From NCBI GenBank assembly GCA_963836205.1, contig CAWIIV010000015.1, positions 352,001 through 416,000 of the forward strand: DNA of 64,000 bases, given 5' to 3'. This stretch comes from an uncultured Acidimicrobiia bacterium. Its GTDB lineage: Bacteria > Actinomycetota > Acidimicrobiia > Acidimicrobiales > AC-14. Each line of letters begins with the position of its first letter. Position 1 is the first letter of the stretch. Made by a program: the position numbers and the translations under genes. The notes beneath the pieces are model-generated. The model worked only from the letters and a program-made list of their open reading frames with translations. It did not search any database and had not been told where the DNA came from. Below are positions 31,307 through 44,235 of this stretch, piece by piece.

Positions 31307-31704
31307 GCGACGACTTCATCGGGGCCGGGGTCGCGTTCCCTCTCCACACCGACGCCACCGGCGGCGTGGCCCTGGTGTCGCGCGACCGGGAGCTGCGGGA
31401 GGCCATCGCCATCATCCTGGGGACGGCGTTCGGCGAGCGGCCCATGCGGCCCCAGTTCGGGTGCGGGATCCACGACTACGTCTTCGCCCCCGCCAACGCC
31501 GCCACCGCCAGCCGCCTCGGGCACGAGGTCACCGAGGCCCTCGGCCGCTGGGAGCCGCGGATCGACGTGACCGGAGTGGACGTGTCGCTCGACGAGCGCC
31601 AGACGACCTTCTACATCGACATCAGCTACACCGTCCGCGCCACCAACGATCCCCGCAACCTCGTCTTCCCGTTCTACGTGATCCCGGCCGAGGAGACCCC
31701 GTGA
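31303..31704 (+). CDS. GPW/gp25 baseplate protein (Afp9)
   Basis: GERPMRPQFGC, WEPRI, NLVFPFY. Confidence 0.93.
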   Translation: MSDDFIGAGVAFPLHTDATGGVALVSRDRELREAIAIILGTAFGERPMRPQFGCGIHDYVFAPANAATASRLGHEVTEALGRWEPRIDVTGVDVSLDERQTTFYIDISYTVRATNDPRNLVFPFYVIPAEETP

Positions 31705-33650
31705 CGCTGCCCGCCCCCAACCTCGACGACCGCCGCTTCCAGGATCTGGTCGACGACGCCAAGCGGATGGTGCAACAGCGGTGCCCGGAGTGGACCGACC
31801 ACAACGTGTCCGACCCGGGCGTGACCCTCATCGAGACGTTCGCCTTCATGGTCGACCAGTTGCTCTACCGCCTGAACCGGGTGCCCGAGCTGAACTACCT
31901 GAAGTTCCTCGACCTCATCGGCGTCCGCCTGTTCCCGCCGGGACCGGCCCGGGCACCGGTGACCTTCTGGCTGTCGGCCCCGCAGTCGTCCACCGTCCAC
32001 ATCCCGGCCGGCACCGAGGTGGCGACGCTGCGGACGGAGGCGATCGAGGCCGTCGCCTTCGAGACCGCCGACGACCTCGAGATCCTGCCCACCACGGCCG
32101 ACCTGGTTGCCTCCGCCATCCAGCCCGGCCGCTACCGCCAGCACCGGGCCGCCCTCGACAGCGGGCAAAGCTTCTTCTGCTTCGACCAGGTGCCGAAGCC
32201 CGACGACGCCCTCCTCGTGGGACTGTCCCGGGCCGCGCCCCGCTGCATCGTCACCCTGCGGTTCGACTGCCAGGTGGAGGGCGTCGGCGTCGACCCCACC
32301 AACCCGCCGCTGGCGTGGGAGGCGTGGGACGGCGACGGGTGGGCTCCGTGCGAGGTGAGCCAGGACGACACCGGCGGCCTGAACCGTCCCGGCGACGTGG
32401 TCGTGCACCTGCCCGACAACCACCAGACGTCGGTGCTCGACGGCCGGGCCGCGGGGTGGCTGCGCTGCCGGGTGATCCCGGCCCTGGAGAACCAGCCGGT
32501 GTACAGCTCGTCGCCCCAGATCCGGCGGCTCGACGCGTTCACCGTCGGGGGCACGATCGCCGCGGTCAACGCCGAGGAGTTCACCGACGAGGCCCTGGGC
32601 GCATCCGAAGGGGTTCCCGGCCAGCAGTTCCAGCTCCAGCACCCGCCGGTGGTGCCCTTCGGCGACCCGCCGGTGCTCGAGGTGGCGGGCGTCGAGGGGT
32701 GGGACGAGTGGCGCCTGGTCGAGAGCTTCGCCGCCAGCGGGCCCGACGATCGCCATTTCGTCCTCGACGGGGGCCAGGGCCGGGTGGAGCTGGGGCCGGC
32801 CGTGCGGGAGGGCGACGGCACCCTCCGCCACTACGGCGCCGTCCCGCCCAAGGGGGCGCAGGTGCGGATCCGGTCGTACCGCAGCGGCGGAGGACGCACG
32901 GGGAACGTCGCCCGGGGGGCCATCAGCGTCCTGAAGTCGTCGATCCCCTACGTGGCCTCGGTGGAGAACCGGCGGGCGGCGCTGGGCGGCGTCGACGGCG
33001 AGTCGGTGGAGAGCGCCAAGGTGCGGGCGCCGATCCTGCTGCGGACGAGGGGGCGGGCGGTCACGGCCGAGGACTACGAGCAGCTGGCCCGGGAGGCGGC
33101 GCCGGAGGTGGCCCGGGTCCGCTGCGCGCTGACCGGGGAGGGGACCAACACGGCCGCCGTCCGGGTGCTGGTGGTGCCCGCTGCGCCCGAGGGCGACCTC
33201 GGCCAGCTGCGGATCGAGGACCTGGTGCCCGACGACCGGACCCTTGCCCGCGTCGCCGCCTACCTCGACGAACGCCGGGTGATCGGCACCCGGGTCGTGG
33301 TCGAGCCGCCCATGTACCTGGGCGTGACGGTGGTCGCCCGGCTGGTCGGGCGGGAGCGGGTGAGCGCCAAACAGCTCCACGACGACGCGCTGGCCGCCCT
33401 CTACGGCTACTTTTCTCCGATACGCGGTGGTCCCGACGGCACCGGGTGGCCGTTCGGGCGGTCGGTCCGGGCTGGGGAGGTCTACGGGGTGCTCCAGAGG
33501 GTGCGAGGCGTGGAGCTGGTGGAGGAAGCCCGGCTGTTCGGGGCCGACCCGGTGACGGGCGCCCGCGGGGTCGCCGCCGAGCGGCTCGACCTGCCCCGTT
33601 CCGCCCTCGTCTTCTCCTACCAGCACCAGCTCATGGTCTCCGAGGCCTGA
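31701..33650 (+). CDS. Baseplate J-like protein (Afp11)
   Basis: LPAPNLDDRRF, WTDHNVSDPG, RAVTAEDYE, GWPFGR. Confidence 0.95.
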   Translation: MTLPAPNLDDRRFQDLVDDAKRMVQQRCPEWTDHNVSDPGVTLIETFAFMVDQLLYRLNRVPELNYLKFLDLIGVRLFPPGPARAPVTFWLSAPQSSTVHIPAGTEVATLRTEAIEAVAFETADDLEILPTTADLVASAIQPGRYRQHRAALDSGQSFFCFDQVPKPDDALLVGLSRAAPRCIVTLRFDCQVEGVGVDPTNPPLAWEAWDGDGWAPCEVSQDDTGGLNRPGDVVVHLPDNHQTSVLDGRAAGWLRCRVIPALENQPVYSSSPQIRRLDAFTVGGTIAAVNAEEFTDEALGASEGVPGQQFQLQHPPVVPFGDPPVLEVAGVEGWDEWRLVESFAASGPDDRHFVLDGGQGRVELGPAVREGDGTLRHYGAVPPKGAQVRIRSYRSGGGRTGNVARGAISVLKSSIPYVASVENRRAALGGVDGESVESAKVRAPILLRTRGRAVTAEDYEQLAREAAPEVARVRCALTGEGTNTAAVRVLVVPAAPEGDLGQLRIEDLVPDDRTLARVAAYLDERRVIGTRVVVEPPMYLGVTVVARLVGRERVSAKQLHDDALAALYGYFSPIRGGPDGTGWPFGRSVRAGEVYGVLQRVRGVELVEEARLFGADPVTGARGVAAERLDLPRSALVFSYQHQLMVSEA

Positions 33651-33651
33651 C

Positions 33652-34191
33652 GTGCGCGGACTCGTCGACGGCCTCCCGTCGCCCCACCCGATCGGCGCCC
33701 TGCTCCCCGCCCTCTACCAGGAGGACGGGTTCGTGCAGCGGTTCACGTCCGGCCTCGACGAGGTCATCGCCCCCGCCCTGGCGGTCCTCGACAACCTGCC
33801 CTCCTACCTCGACCCGGTCCTCACGCCGGACGACTTCCTGCCCTGGCTGGCGGGGTGGGTCGGCATCGCCCTCGACGAGAACTGGCCCCTCGCCCGCCGC
33901 CGCCAGCTGGTGGCCCGGGCCGGCGACCTCTACCGGGCCCGGGGCACGGCGCGGGGCCTGTCCGAGCAGGTGGAGCTGCTCACCGGCTCGGCTCCCCGCA
34001 TCGAGGAGTCGGGCGGCACGGTGTGGTCGCCGACGCCGGGGGCTGCCCCGCCGGGCAAAGCGGTGGCCGAGCTGGTGGTGACGGTGCGCGAGGCCCCGGG
34101 CCAGCCCGTCGACCGCCGCCGCCTCGACTCGATCGTGCGCGACGCCAAGCCCGCGGCGGTCAGTCACCGCATCGAGGTGGTGCCCGCATGA
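33652..34191 (+). CDS. P2 gpI-like baseplate/tail protein
   Basis: LPALYQED, FLPWLAGW, RGTARGL, KPA. Confidence 0.9.
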   Translation: MRGLVDGLPSPHPIGALLPALYQEDGFVQRFTSGLDEVIAPALAVLDNLPSYLDPVLTPDDFLPWLAGWVGIALDENWPLARRRQLVARAGDLYRARGTARGLSEQVELLTGSAPRIEESGGTVWSPTPGAAPPGKAVAELVVTVREAPGQPVDRRRLDSIVRDAKPAAVSHRIEVVPA

Positions 34192-35378
34192 TCATGTGCA
34201 AGAACTGCCGTATCCCCTTCGAGGAGGGGGCCCAGTTCTGCGGCAACTGTGGCGGGTTCGTCGACTACGTGGGCGTGAGCGAGGAGTCCGCGGCCCGGGC
34301 GGCGGCGGCCGCGGGCGCGCCCGGCCCGACCGCGGGTGGAGAGGCGGCGCCCAGTCCCGACACCGCCCAGATGGCGATCGCGGTCTCGGCGGCCGACGAC
34401 GCCGAGCGCAGGGCGGTGGCGGAGGCCGAGGCCAAGGACAGGGAACAGGCCGAGGCGTTGGGCCGTGCGGCTGCTGCCGCGGCGGCGGAAGCGGCGGCCC
34501 GGGCCGCGGCCGCGGCGGAGGTCGACACCGAGGCCAAGGCGAGGGCGGAGGAGGAGGCGAGGGCTCAGGCCGCGGCCAAGGCCAAGGCCCAGGCCGAGGC
34601 GGAGGCGGCCGCCCGCGCCGCGGAGGCGTCCCGGCGGGCGGCGGCCATGATCGCCAAGCCCGCCCCGACCCCGACACCGCCGCCTCCGCCCCCGCCGCCG
34701 CCCCCGAGGCCAGACGCCGGTCCCGCCCCGACGCCCGTGCAGCCGGGCGAGGTGGCCTGTGGCAACTGTGGTGCCGGCAACCCACCGAGCCGGACGTTCT
34801 GCCGCCAGTGCGGCACCGAGCTCCGCCCCGCGGCCGTGGTGCCGATCGCGGCGGCGAAGGCTCCCAGGGGAGGGTTCTGGGGGAAGTGGAAGGTGCCGAT
34901 CATCGGGGCGGTGATCGTCGCCCTGGTGCTCGGGTTCGTCCTCACGCGCGACGACGCCGCGGACGACATTCCCGACCTGCCCGACCTGCTGACGACGCAG
35001 CCCACGCGGCCGACGACATCGTCCGTGCAGCCGACGTCGGAGGTGGTGACCGTCGAGGCCAACGTGCCCTTCGTCGACACCGGCATCGAGCTCAAGGTGG
35101 GCGACCGTGTCGAGATCATCGCCCGGGGCGAGGCCGAGAGCGGCGGTGGGCCGTCGGGACCGGAGGGCGACCCCAATCCCGACTACCGGCCGGCCAGCGT
35201 CATCGACGGCGGCCACAACGCCCTGATCGCCAAGATCGGCCTCCGGGGCGACCCCTTCCTCGTCGCCGAACGGCTGACGTTCGATGCCGAGGAGGCGGGC
35301 ACCCTGTTCCTGGGCGTCAACGACACGGGCGTCGACAACAACGCGGGCGCCTACGTAGCCGACATCACGGTCTCGTAG
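34188..35378 (+). CDS. Zinc-ribbon / TM / LecA(PA-IL)-like domain protein ending the CIS operon
   Basis: Two CxxC..FCxxCG ribbons, Ala/Pro linker, TM helix, then DTGIEL..GD.VEI.A.G...ALIAKIG..PF...GTLFLGVND..DNNAGAY. Confidence 0.75.
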   Translation: MIMCKNCRIPFEEGAQFCGNCGGFVDYVGVSEESAARAAAAAGAPGPTAGGEAAPSPDTAQMAIAVSAADDAERRAVAEAEAKDREQAEALGRAAAAAAAEAAARAAAAAEVDTEAKARAEEEARAQAAAKAKAQAEAEAAARAAEASRRAAAMIAKPAPTPTPPPPPPPPPPRPDAGPAPTPVQPGEVACGNCGAGNPPSRTFCRQCGTELRPAAVVPIAAAKAPRGGFWGKWKVPIIGAVIVALVLGFVLTRDDAADDIPDLPDLLTTQPTRPTTSSVQPTSEVVTVEANVPFVDTGIELKVGDRVEIIARGEAESGGGPSGPEGDPNPDYRPASVIDGGHNALIAKIGLRGDPFLVAERLTFDAEEAGTLFLGVNDTGVDNNAGAYVADITVS

Positions 35379-35388
35379 GGTCGGGACC

Positions 35389-36882
35389 GTGGGCCGCAGG
35401 GAGAGGGATGAGCCGGAGGAGCTGCCGATCCTCCTCGACCCGGCGTCGAGCGACGAGTACCGCCCGCTGCCGCTGTCACCGGTCATCCGGGAGGCCCGCC
35501 GCCGGGCGTGGGCCCAGGCGGCCGACAACGCCCGCCGCGTCGGGATGTCCCGCCGCGACTTCCTGCGCACCTCCATGGGCGCGGCCACCGTCCTCCTGAC
35601 CCTCAACGCGTGCAGCAAGGAGGAGGCGGCCGACCGGGGGGCCCGGCCGGGCAGCACGTTCGCGGTGCCGAAAGAGGCGGGAGTCGACCCCGAGGCGGCC
35701 AACTCGGTGCTCGACGGCGACCTGCCGGTGATCGACGCCCAGAGCCACTTCCTCGACTTCGACCTGTCCCAGCCCCTCGACCCGGGTTTCTTCGGGTCCG
35801 ACTTCCCCCAGGCCATGTGCGGGGCCGACGACCCCCGGGCCTGCTTCGGCATCGACCGCTTCGTCGACACCCTGTACTTCCGCAGCGAGACGGCGGCGGC
35901 GGTGCTGTCGGCCGTGCCCGCGCCCGACGCCCGCACGGGCGAGCTGAGCATCGAGGTCATGGCCCGGGCCCGGGAGCGGATCAACCAGAGCATCGGTCCC
36001 GGCCGCCTGCTCGTCCACGGCCTCATCGTCCCCACCGGCCGGCCGTTGTCGGTCGCCCTCGACGACCTCGAAGCCATCGCCCAGACCTACAAGGTCGACG
36101 GATGGAAGGCGTACACCACCAACACCCAGGGGTGGCGGCTCGACGACGCCGACCTCGAGGGCCGGCAGGTGGGCATGGCGTCGCTGCAGAAGATCGTCGA
36201 GCTCGGGATTCCCCGCATCGCGATCCACAAGGGGATCTCCGGCGGCGACAAGTGGGCTTCCCCCGACGACATCGGCCCCGCGGCCAAGGCGTTCCCCGAG
36301 GTGAAGTTCGCGGTGTACCACTCGGGCTGGGAGCCGGGTGTGACCGAGGGCCCGTTCACGCCCGACACCGCCGACCAGGGCTCGAACCGGCTGGTCGCAT
36401 CACTGCGCAAGGCGGGCATCGGCCCCGGGCAGAACGTCTACGCCGAGCTCGGGACCACGTGGTTCAACATGATGCGCTCGCCCGACGAGGCCGCCCACCT
36501 GCTGGGCAAGCTCCTCCTGGCGGTGGGCGAGGACCGCATCCTGTGGGGCACCGACTCCATCTGGTACGGCTCGCCCCAGGGCCAGATCGACGCCTTCCGC
36601 ACCTTCGACATCTCACCCGAGTTCCAGGAGCGGTTCGGGTACCCGGCCCTCACCGACGCCATCCGGGGCAAGATCTTCGCCCGCAACGTGGCCGAGTACT
36701 ACGGGCTCGACCTGGCCACGATCGCCAAGCGGCCCCGGCCCGCGGGCTCGGCCGACACGACGACCACCTCGACGTCACCGCCCCGCCCGGCGACGACCGA
36801 GGAGACCACCACCACCCATCACGACACCACCACCACCGACCACGACTTCGACACCACGACGTCGACCACCGAACCGGACTAA
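35389..36882 (+). CDS. Amidohydrolase family protein with Tat-like motif
   Basis: SRRDFLR, IDAQSH, IAIHKG, YHSG, LWGTDSIWYG. Confidence 0.85.
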   Translation: MGRRERDEPEELPILLDPASSDEYRPLPLSPVIREARRRAWAQAADNARRVGMSRRDFLRTSMGAATVLLTLNACSKEEAADRGARPGSTFAVPKEAGVDPEAANSVLDGDLPVIDAQSHFLDFDLSQPLDPGFFGSDFPQAMCGADDPRACFGIDRFVDTLYFRSETAAAVLSAVPAPDARTGELSIEVMARARERINQSIGPGRLLVHGLIVPTGRPLSVALDDLEAIAQTYKVDGWKAYTTNTQGWRLDDADLEGRQVGMASLQKIVELGIPRIAIHKGISGGDKWASPDDIGPAAKAFPEVKFAVYHSGWEPGVTEGPFTPDTADQGSNRLVASLRKAGIGPGQNVYAELGTTWFNMMRSPDEAAHLLGKLLLAVGEDRILWGTDSIWYGSPQGQIDAFRTFDISPEFQERFGYPALTDAIRGKIFARNVAEYYGLDLATIAKRPRPAGSADTTTTSTSPPRPATTEETTTTHHDTTTTDHDFDTTTSTTEPD

Positions 36883-37166
36883 CTCTCCGCGGGGCCACCT
36901 GCGGGACGCGGTCCGCCCTCCGGTTCGGCCACGGCCGCCGATATCGCCTCCGTCGATCGCAAGGGCGTGGCAGCGAGTCTCCGCTGCCGGCCGTCTCCTC
37001 GTCGTCATCACCACGCGAGGGGTGCGACGAAATGGTCCGCCGGAGCAAGCGTGCACGTGTTCACAGACTCCGAGCACAAGGATCACGTCCACGTTGGCTC
37101 CAAGAGGAACCCTCCGGCCTAAGCAATTATCAACGACCTGGAACCTCAAACAGGTCTGATGTTTTC

Positions 37167-38603
37167 GGCTCTCCTGACCCAAGTGTGGATGGGATCGGAG
37201 CCGGCAGGCGTGTAAGTGGCTGGCTGAGCAGGTCTTCCGGTATCCGCGTGACGCGCACGGGCCGGGCCAAGGTTCACGGACTTCTCACACCCCTGAACCG
37301 GGAGGTCCTCAACCCGTGCGCGTCACCACCGCATTCAAGCGCCTCCTTCGGCTCGACGACGTCAACGTCGTCGCCGTGGAGTTCCTGACCACGATCGTGA
37401 TCGTCACCGTGGCCCTGCGCCGGCGGCGGCTGGTCTGCCCCCATTGCGGGTTCAAGACCCGGTTCCGCTACGACACCCGGCCGGCGCCGTCGTGGTGGCG
37501 CCACCTCGACCTGGGCACCTGGCGGCTGGAGGTCCGGGCCAGCCTGCGCCGTCTTCGTTGCCCCGACCACGGCGTGGTGGTGGAGGCCGTCCCCTTCGCC
37601 CGGCCGGGGGCGAACCTCACCCGGGACCTCGACGACCTGCTGGCGTGGCTGGCGACGAGGATGGACCGCACGGCGGTCGCTCGTCTGTGCCGGGTGTCGT
37701 GGCGGACGGTGGGACGGGCCTGCGAACGGGTGGTGGCGAGCGAGCTCGACGACCATCGCCTCGACGGCCTGTTCCGCATCGGGGTCGACGAGATCTCCTG
37801 GCGCAAGCACCACCGCTACCTGACGCTGGTGGTCGACCACGACCGGGGCAGGGTCGTCTGGGGAGCCAAAGGCAAGGACGCCACGACCCTCGACGCCTTC
37901 TTCGACGAGCTCGGGCCGGAGCGATCGTCCCAGCTCAGCGCCATTTCCATGGATCTGGGCCCGGCCTACCTCAAGAGCGTCAAGGCCGAGGGACACGCTC
38001 CCCAGGCCATCGTGTGCGCCGATCCGTTCCACCTCGTGTGCCTGGTGGGCGACGCTCTCGACGAGGTCCGCCGGGACCTGTGGAACCAGCTGCGCCGGCT
38101 TCCCGACGACCGCTGGGCCAAGGACTTCAAGGGAGCCCGGTGGGCCCTGCTGAAGAACCCCGAGGACCTGACCACCACCCAGGCCGCCCAGCGCAAGCGC
38201 ATCCGACGCAACCGGGGCGGGATGTGGCGGGCCTATGAGATGAAGGAGCAGTTCCGGGCCATCCTGGCCGGCGACCTCACCCGCGACGAGGCGGGCGAGC
38301 TTCTCGACCGGTGGTGCGCCCGAGCCCAGAGATCGCGGCTGGCGCCGTTCGTCAAGGTGGCCAAGACCATGCGCCAGCGTCGGGAGATGATCCTCAACGC
38401 CGTCGAGCACGGGATCTCCAACGGCCGGGTGGAGGGCTTCAACACCAAGGTCCGCCTCATCATCCGCAGGGCGTACGGGTTCCATTCCGCCGACGCGGCC
38501 CTGGCCCTCGTCATGCTCGCTGCCGGGCCCATCGACATCAAGCTGCCGCACGAGCGGGTGGTCTGGAAAGAGGCGTCCTGATCCACATCGTGTCAGAGAA
38601 CCC
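37167..38603 (+). mobile_element. ISL3 family insertion sequence
   Basis: Imperfect terminal IRs GGCTCTCCTGACCCAAGTGTGGAT and revcomp GGGTTCTCTGACACGATGTGGAT flank the transposase. Confidence 0.85.
37316..38581 (+). CDS. ISL3 family transposase
   Basis: CPHCG zinc finger, IGVDE, SMD, DPFH, SNGRVEGFNTK...RAYGF. Confidence 0.95.
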   Translation: MRVTTAFKRLLRLDDVNVVAVEFLTTIVIVTVALRRRRLVCPHCGFKTRFRYDTRPAPSWWRHLDLGTWRLEVRASLRRLRCPDHGVVVEAVPFARPGANLTRDLDDLLAWLATRMDRTAVARLCRVSWRTVGRACERVVASELDDHRLDGLFRIGVDEISWRKHHRYLTLVVDHDRGRVVWGAKGKDATTLDAFFDELGPERSSQLSAISMDLGPAYLKSVKAEGHAPQAIVCADPFHLVCLVGDALDEVRRDLWNQLRRLPDDRWAKDFKGARWALLKNPEDLTTTQAAQRKRIRRNRGGMWRAYEMKEQFRAILAGDLTRDEAGELLDRWCARAQRSRLAPFVKVAKTMRQRREMILNAVEHGISNGRVEGFNTKVRLIIRRAYGFHSADAALALVMLAAGPIDIKLPHERVVWKEAS

Positions 38604-38671
38604 TCTGGTGGTTTCTTCCATGGATATTCGTGTACACTCAGGCTCTACATGCATATCCATGGGAGTACACC

Positions 38672-39205
38672 GTGATCAAGGTGGAGATTCGCTACGAGGG
38701 CACGCCGGCCGAAATTCGGGAGTACGAGCGGCTCGGGGAACCTGGGGGTCTGCCTCAAGCACCAGGCGAGGCGCACAACAACGAACTGGCGCCCGAGCTC
38801 TCACGGTTCCTTCAGCGTGTGAGCCACCGCAGCCTTGTGGGCGATTGGCTCCGCTGGGCACTCACGTTCGAGGTGTCCCTCTCAGGCTACGCGGGCGCTG
38901 GCGCCGCGCCGCAGCCGCGCCGGCTCATCACGGCGCGAATCGGACGGGGCGGCGGCGGGAACGAGCTCGACTACGTGCGGCTCTACACGGAGGGCTACCC
39001 AGCGACGATCGCCGTCCTGTATCGCAGCGGACGGCTAACGCTCCTGCTTGGACCCGACGCCGCAGGAGGACAGAACCACGTCCATGTCCGCGATGTTCGG
39101 GACCCTCACAAGGTGTTCGTCGAGCTGACTTCGAGTGAGGCTCTCGAGGAGGCTAAGGAACTCTTCGGCCGGACCGTCAGGTCGCGTTACGGACAGGGAC
39201 CGTGA
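38672..39205 (+). CDS. Hypothetical protein
   Basis: Open frame with GGAG RBS before GTG 38672; family not recognised. Confidence 0.55.
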   Translation: MIKVEIRYEGTPAEIREYERLGEPGGLPQAPGEAHNNELAPELSRFLQRVSHRSLVGDWLRWALTFEVSLSGYAGAGAAPQPRRLITARIGRGGGGNELDYVRLYTEGYPATIAVLYRSGRLTLLLGPDAAGGQNHVHVRDVRDPHKVFVELTSSEALEEAKELFGRTVRSRYGQGP

Positions 39206-39241
39206 TCCTGAGAACGCGCTCAAGCCGGCACCGGTAATCTG

Positions 39242-39433
39242 GTGTTCGTGGCCCATCACGCTCCGGATCTGCCCGCCGGCCCCGCCATCGTGGTGACGAA
39301 CGCCGACGAGGACTGCTCACCGCCGGCATTCCGCGCCCTGCTCGACGAGCTGTTCGCAAGCCCCGAGCCGGAGCTCGAGAGCATCGGTGCCGCTGAAGCA
39401 CTCAGAGAGCTGCGCGTCGACGCCGGCGCGTGA
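39242..39433 (+). CDS. Putative VapB-like antitoxin (start uncertain)
   Basis: Small acidic ORF overlapping the start of the PIN gene. Confidence 0.5.
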   Translation: MFVAHHAPDLPAGPAIVVTNADEDCSPPAFRALLDELFASPEPELESIGAAEALRELRVDAGA

Positions 39434-39846
39434 GCGCAGTCGTCATCGATGCCTCCGCTGGCGCCGAGATCGTCGCCGACACGCGCCGTGGACGGGCGCT
39501 CGCCCAACTACTGCCTACCGACGCCGAGGGCTGGGTTCCCGAGCACTTCTATGCCGAGGTGCTCGCCGTCCTTCGGCGCCGGCTCCTGATCGAGGAGGCA
39601 ATCAGCGATCCCCAGGCCGCCGCGGCCGTCGCTCGGCTTTGCGCCTGGCACCTCCACTGCGCCTCGATCGCACCGCTGGTCAGCGCCGCCTGGGCCTACC
39701 GGCACAACATGACCGCCGCCGACGCCTTCTACGTCGCTCTGTCCGAACAGCTCGGCGCCGACCTTCTCACCGATGACCATCGCCTGGCTGACAGCCCCAC
39801 GTTCCCGCGCGCCGTCCGCGTGCTCCGGCTGGCCGCCAGGTCCTGA
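39430..39846 (+). CDS. vapC: VapC PIN-domain toxin
   Basis: VIDASA, PEHFYAEV, NMTAADAFYVAL, LLTDDHRL. Confidence 0.9.
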   Translation: MSAVVIDASAGAEIVADTRRGRALAQLLPTDAEGWVPEHFYAEVLAVLRRRLLIEEAISDPQAAAAVARLCAWHLHCASIAPLVSAAWAYRHNMTAADAFYVALSEQLGADLLTDDHRLADSPTFPRAVRVLRLAARS

Positions 39847-40010
39847 CCCTCCTCCGCGGGCGCCGTGGGGGGCCGCCAGCCGACCGCATCGGCGCCCTCC
39901 TGGCTGCCTGGCTGGTCAAGGGCAAGTCTTCCCTACCAGTGAACCCTCCAGAAACTTTTCAGCCCTTATCATGTACTTCCAGGGACAAAGCCCGGAGTCG
40001 GGCGCGCCGT

Positions 40011-40331
40011 TCAAACGACCTGAACCGCGTCCTTGAGCGCCACAGGTAGCTTCCCCGGAAAGGAGATGACGAGGTGCCGGTGCAAGGCCGTCGCGACCCT
40101 GGCGAGGGTGTCGATCCGGTTCCGAGCTCCGCCGCCTTCCTCGAGCCGGGAGATCACGGACTGGGTTGTTCCCATCCGCTGGGCGAGCTCTCGCTGGCTC
40201 AGGCCGGCCTCGGTCCGCAGGTCGTGGATGAGCTGCCCGAGCGCGAGGTCGCGCTCCACCTCGACGCGGGTCTCGGTCGAGGGGGCCGGTCGCTTGTTCT
40301 TGACGTCGTCCCAGCGGGAGTAGTTGGCCAT
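40011..40331 (-). CDS. XRE HTH antitoxin (HigA-like)
   Basis: GLSQRELAQRMGTTQSVISRLE. Confidence 0.88.
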   Translation of the reverse strand: MANYSRWDDVKNKRPAPSTETRVEVERDLALGQLIHDLRTEAGLSQRELAQRMGTTQSVISRLEEGGGARNRIDTLARVATALHRHLVISFPGKLPVALKDAVQVV

Positions 40332-40342
40332 CGTCGTCTCCT

Positions 40343-40666
40343 TCAGGGGTTCTCGCGGGCACACGCGGCGGCCACACGACGGGCTCGTGCGATCTCGTGT
40401 CGTTCGTTGTTGCGTTGCTTCCGGAACGTGGTCAGGATCACGATCCGCTGGTTAGTGGTGAAGCGATAGGTGATGCGTCGCGCCGTGGGACCGAGCGAGA
40501 AGCGAAGCTCGAACAGGCCGTCACCCACGCTCCTCGACATCGGCATTCGAGCGTCGGCGCCGAGCACGGCGAGCCGATCCCCCACGACGACCGTCCGCTC
40601 CCACTCCGGTTGCGGGAGCGAATCCAACCAATCGGCGACCTCATCGTGCAGCTCGATCTCGGCGAC
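40343..40666 (-). CDS. RelE/HigB (Gp49-like) toxin; 5' end lacks an in-frame start, possibly a frameshift
   Basis: EIELHDEVADWLDSL..., GDGLFELR, RITY, LTTFRKQ. Confidence 0.8.
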   Translation of the reverse strand, partial: VAEIELHDEVADWLDSLPQPEWERTVVVGDRLAVLGADARMPMSRSVGDGLFELRFSLGPTARRITYRFTTNQRIVILTTFRKQRNNERHEIARARRVAAACARENP

Positions 40667-41007
40667 CGGTCAATGATCGCATGCACACGATCATCGCACA
40701 AGAGCGATCATCACAAGCCGTGCCCTCGGCTCGATCCCGCAGCTCAGCCCCCGCCTCAGAAGGTAGGCGCAGCGCAGGAGTCTCCTGCGGCCGTCCTGCC
40801 CCGCTCATGTCGACGCGATGCACGGCGGGCCTCAACCGCAGCCGCCCGAAACAGCAGACACCTGCTGGGGCGATCGGGCAGAACTGGCTGCCCTCCGTTT
40901 TCAAGCCGCCCGGTGTACCGTCCTACGGCCGGCCGCAGGGACGTCCGACGTCTCGTCCGACCGGATCCTCATGTCAGCGACGCGAGGCCAAGGGGTGGCG
41001 CGGCGTC

Positions 41008-43894
<2,887 letters not shown>

Positions 43895-43918
43895 CTCGCG
43901 GGAGGGCCGGACCGAGCG

Positions 43919-43953
43919 GGTGACCCGGGCGCGGGGCGGGCGTCCCGGGTCAC
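43919..43953. terminator. GC-rich hairpin after the BTAD regulator
   Basis: GGTGACCCGGG...CCCGGGTCACC inverted repeat; no U-tract. Confidence 0.4.
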
Positions 43954-44235
43954 CGGACGAGGCGTGCGGGGAGGCCGGGGAGACAGATCGGCAGCCACCG
44001 CGGTTCGCCTCGTCGGGGCTACCGGGGCGGAGGAGACCGTTCCCCTCCAGATCGAGCAGACCTCACACGTCCTCCTCTCAGCGAGCGAGCGACCGGTACG
44101 AGGCGAGTGTGCGCCGAACCGTCGCGGGACTCGATGAGGCATTCGGATCATTGCCTCAGGCAGCGAAGACCGGTGCTGCGTATCGTCGCTGGGTAGGGCG
44201 GATATCGTCCGATGGACGAGAGGAAGGTTGGGACG

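Noticed and set aside
23580-34191. Prophage or T6SS interpretation
   Set aside because: There is no capsid, terminase, portal or integrase, and no TssJLM/ClpV. Pvc15, Pvc16 and DUF4157 identify a CIS.
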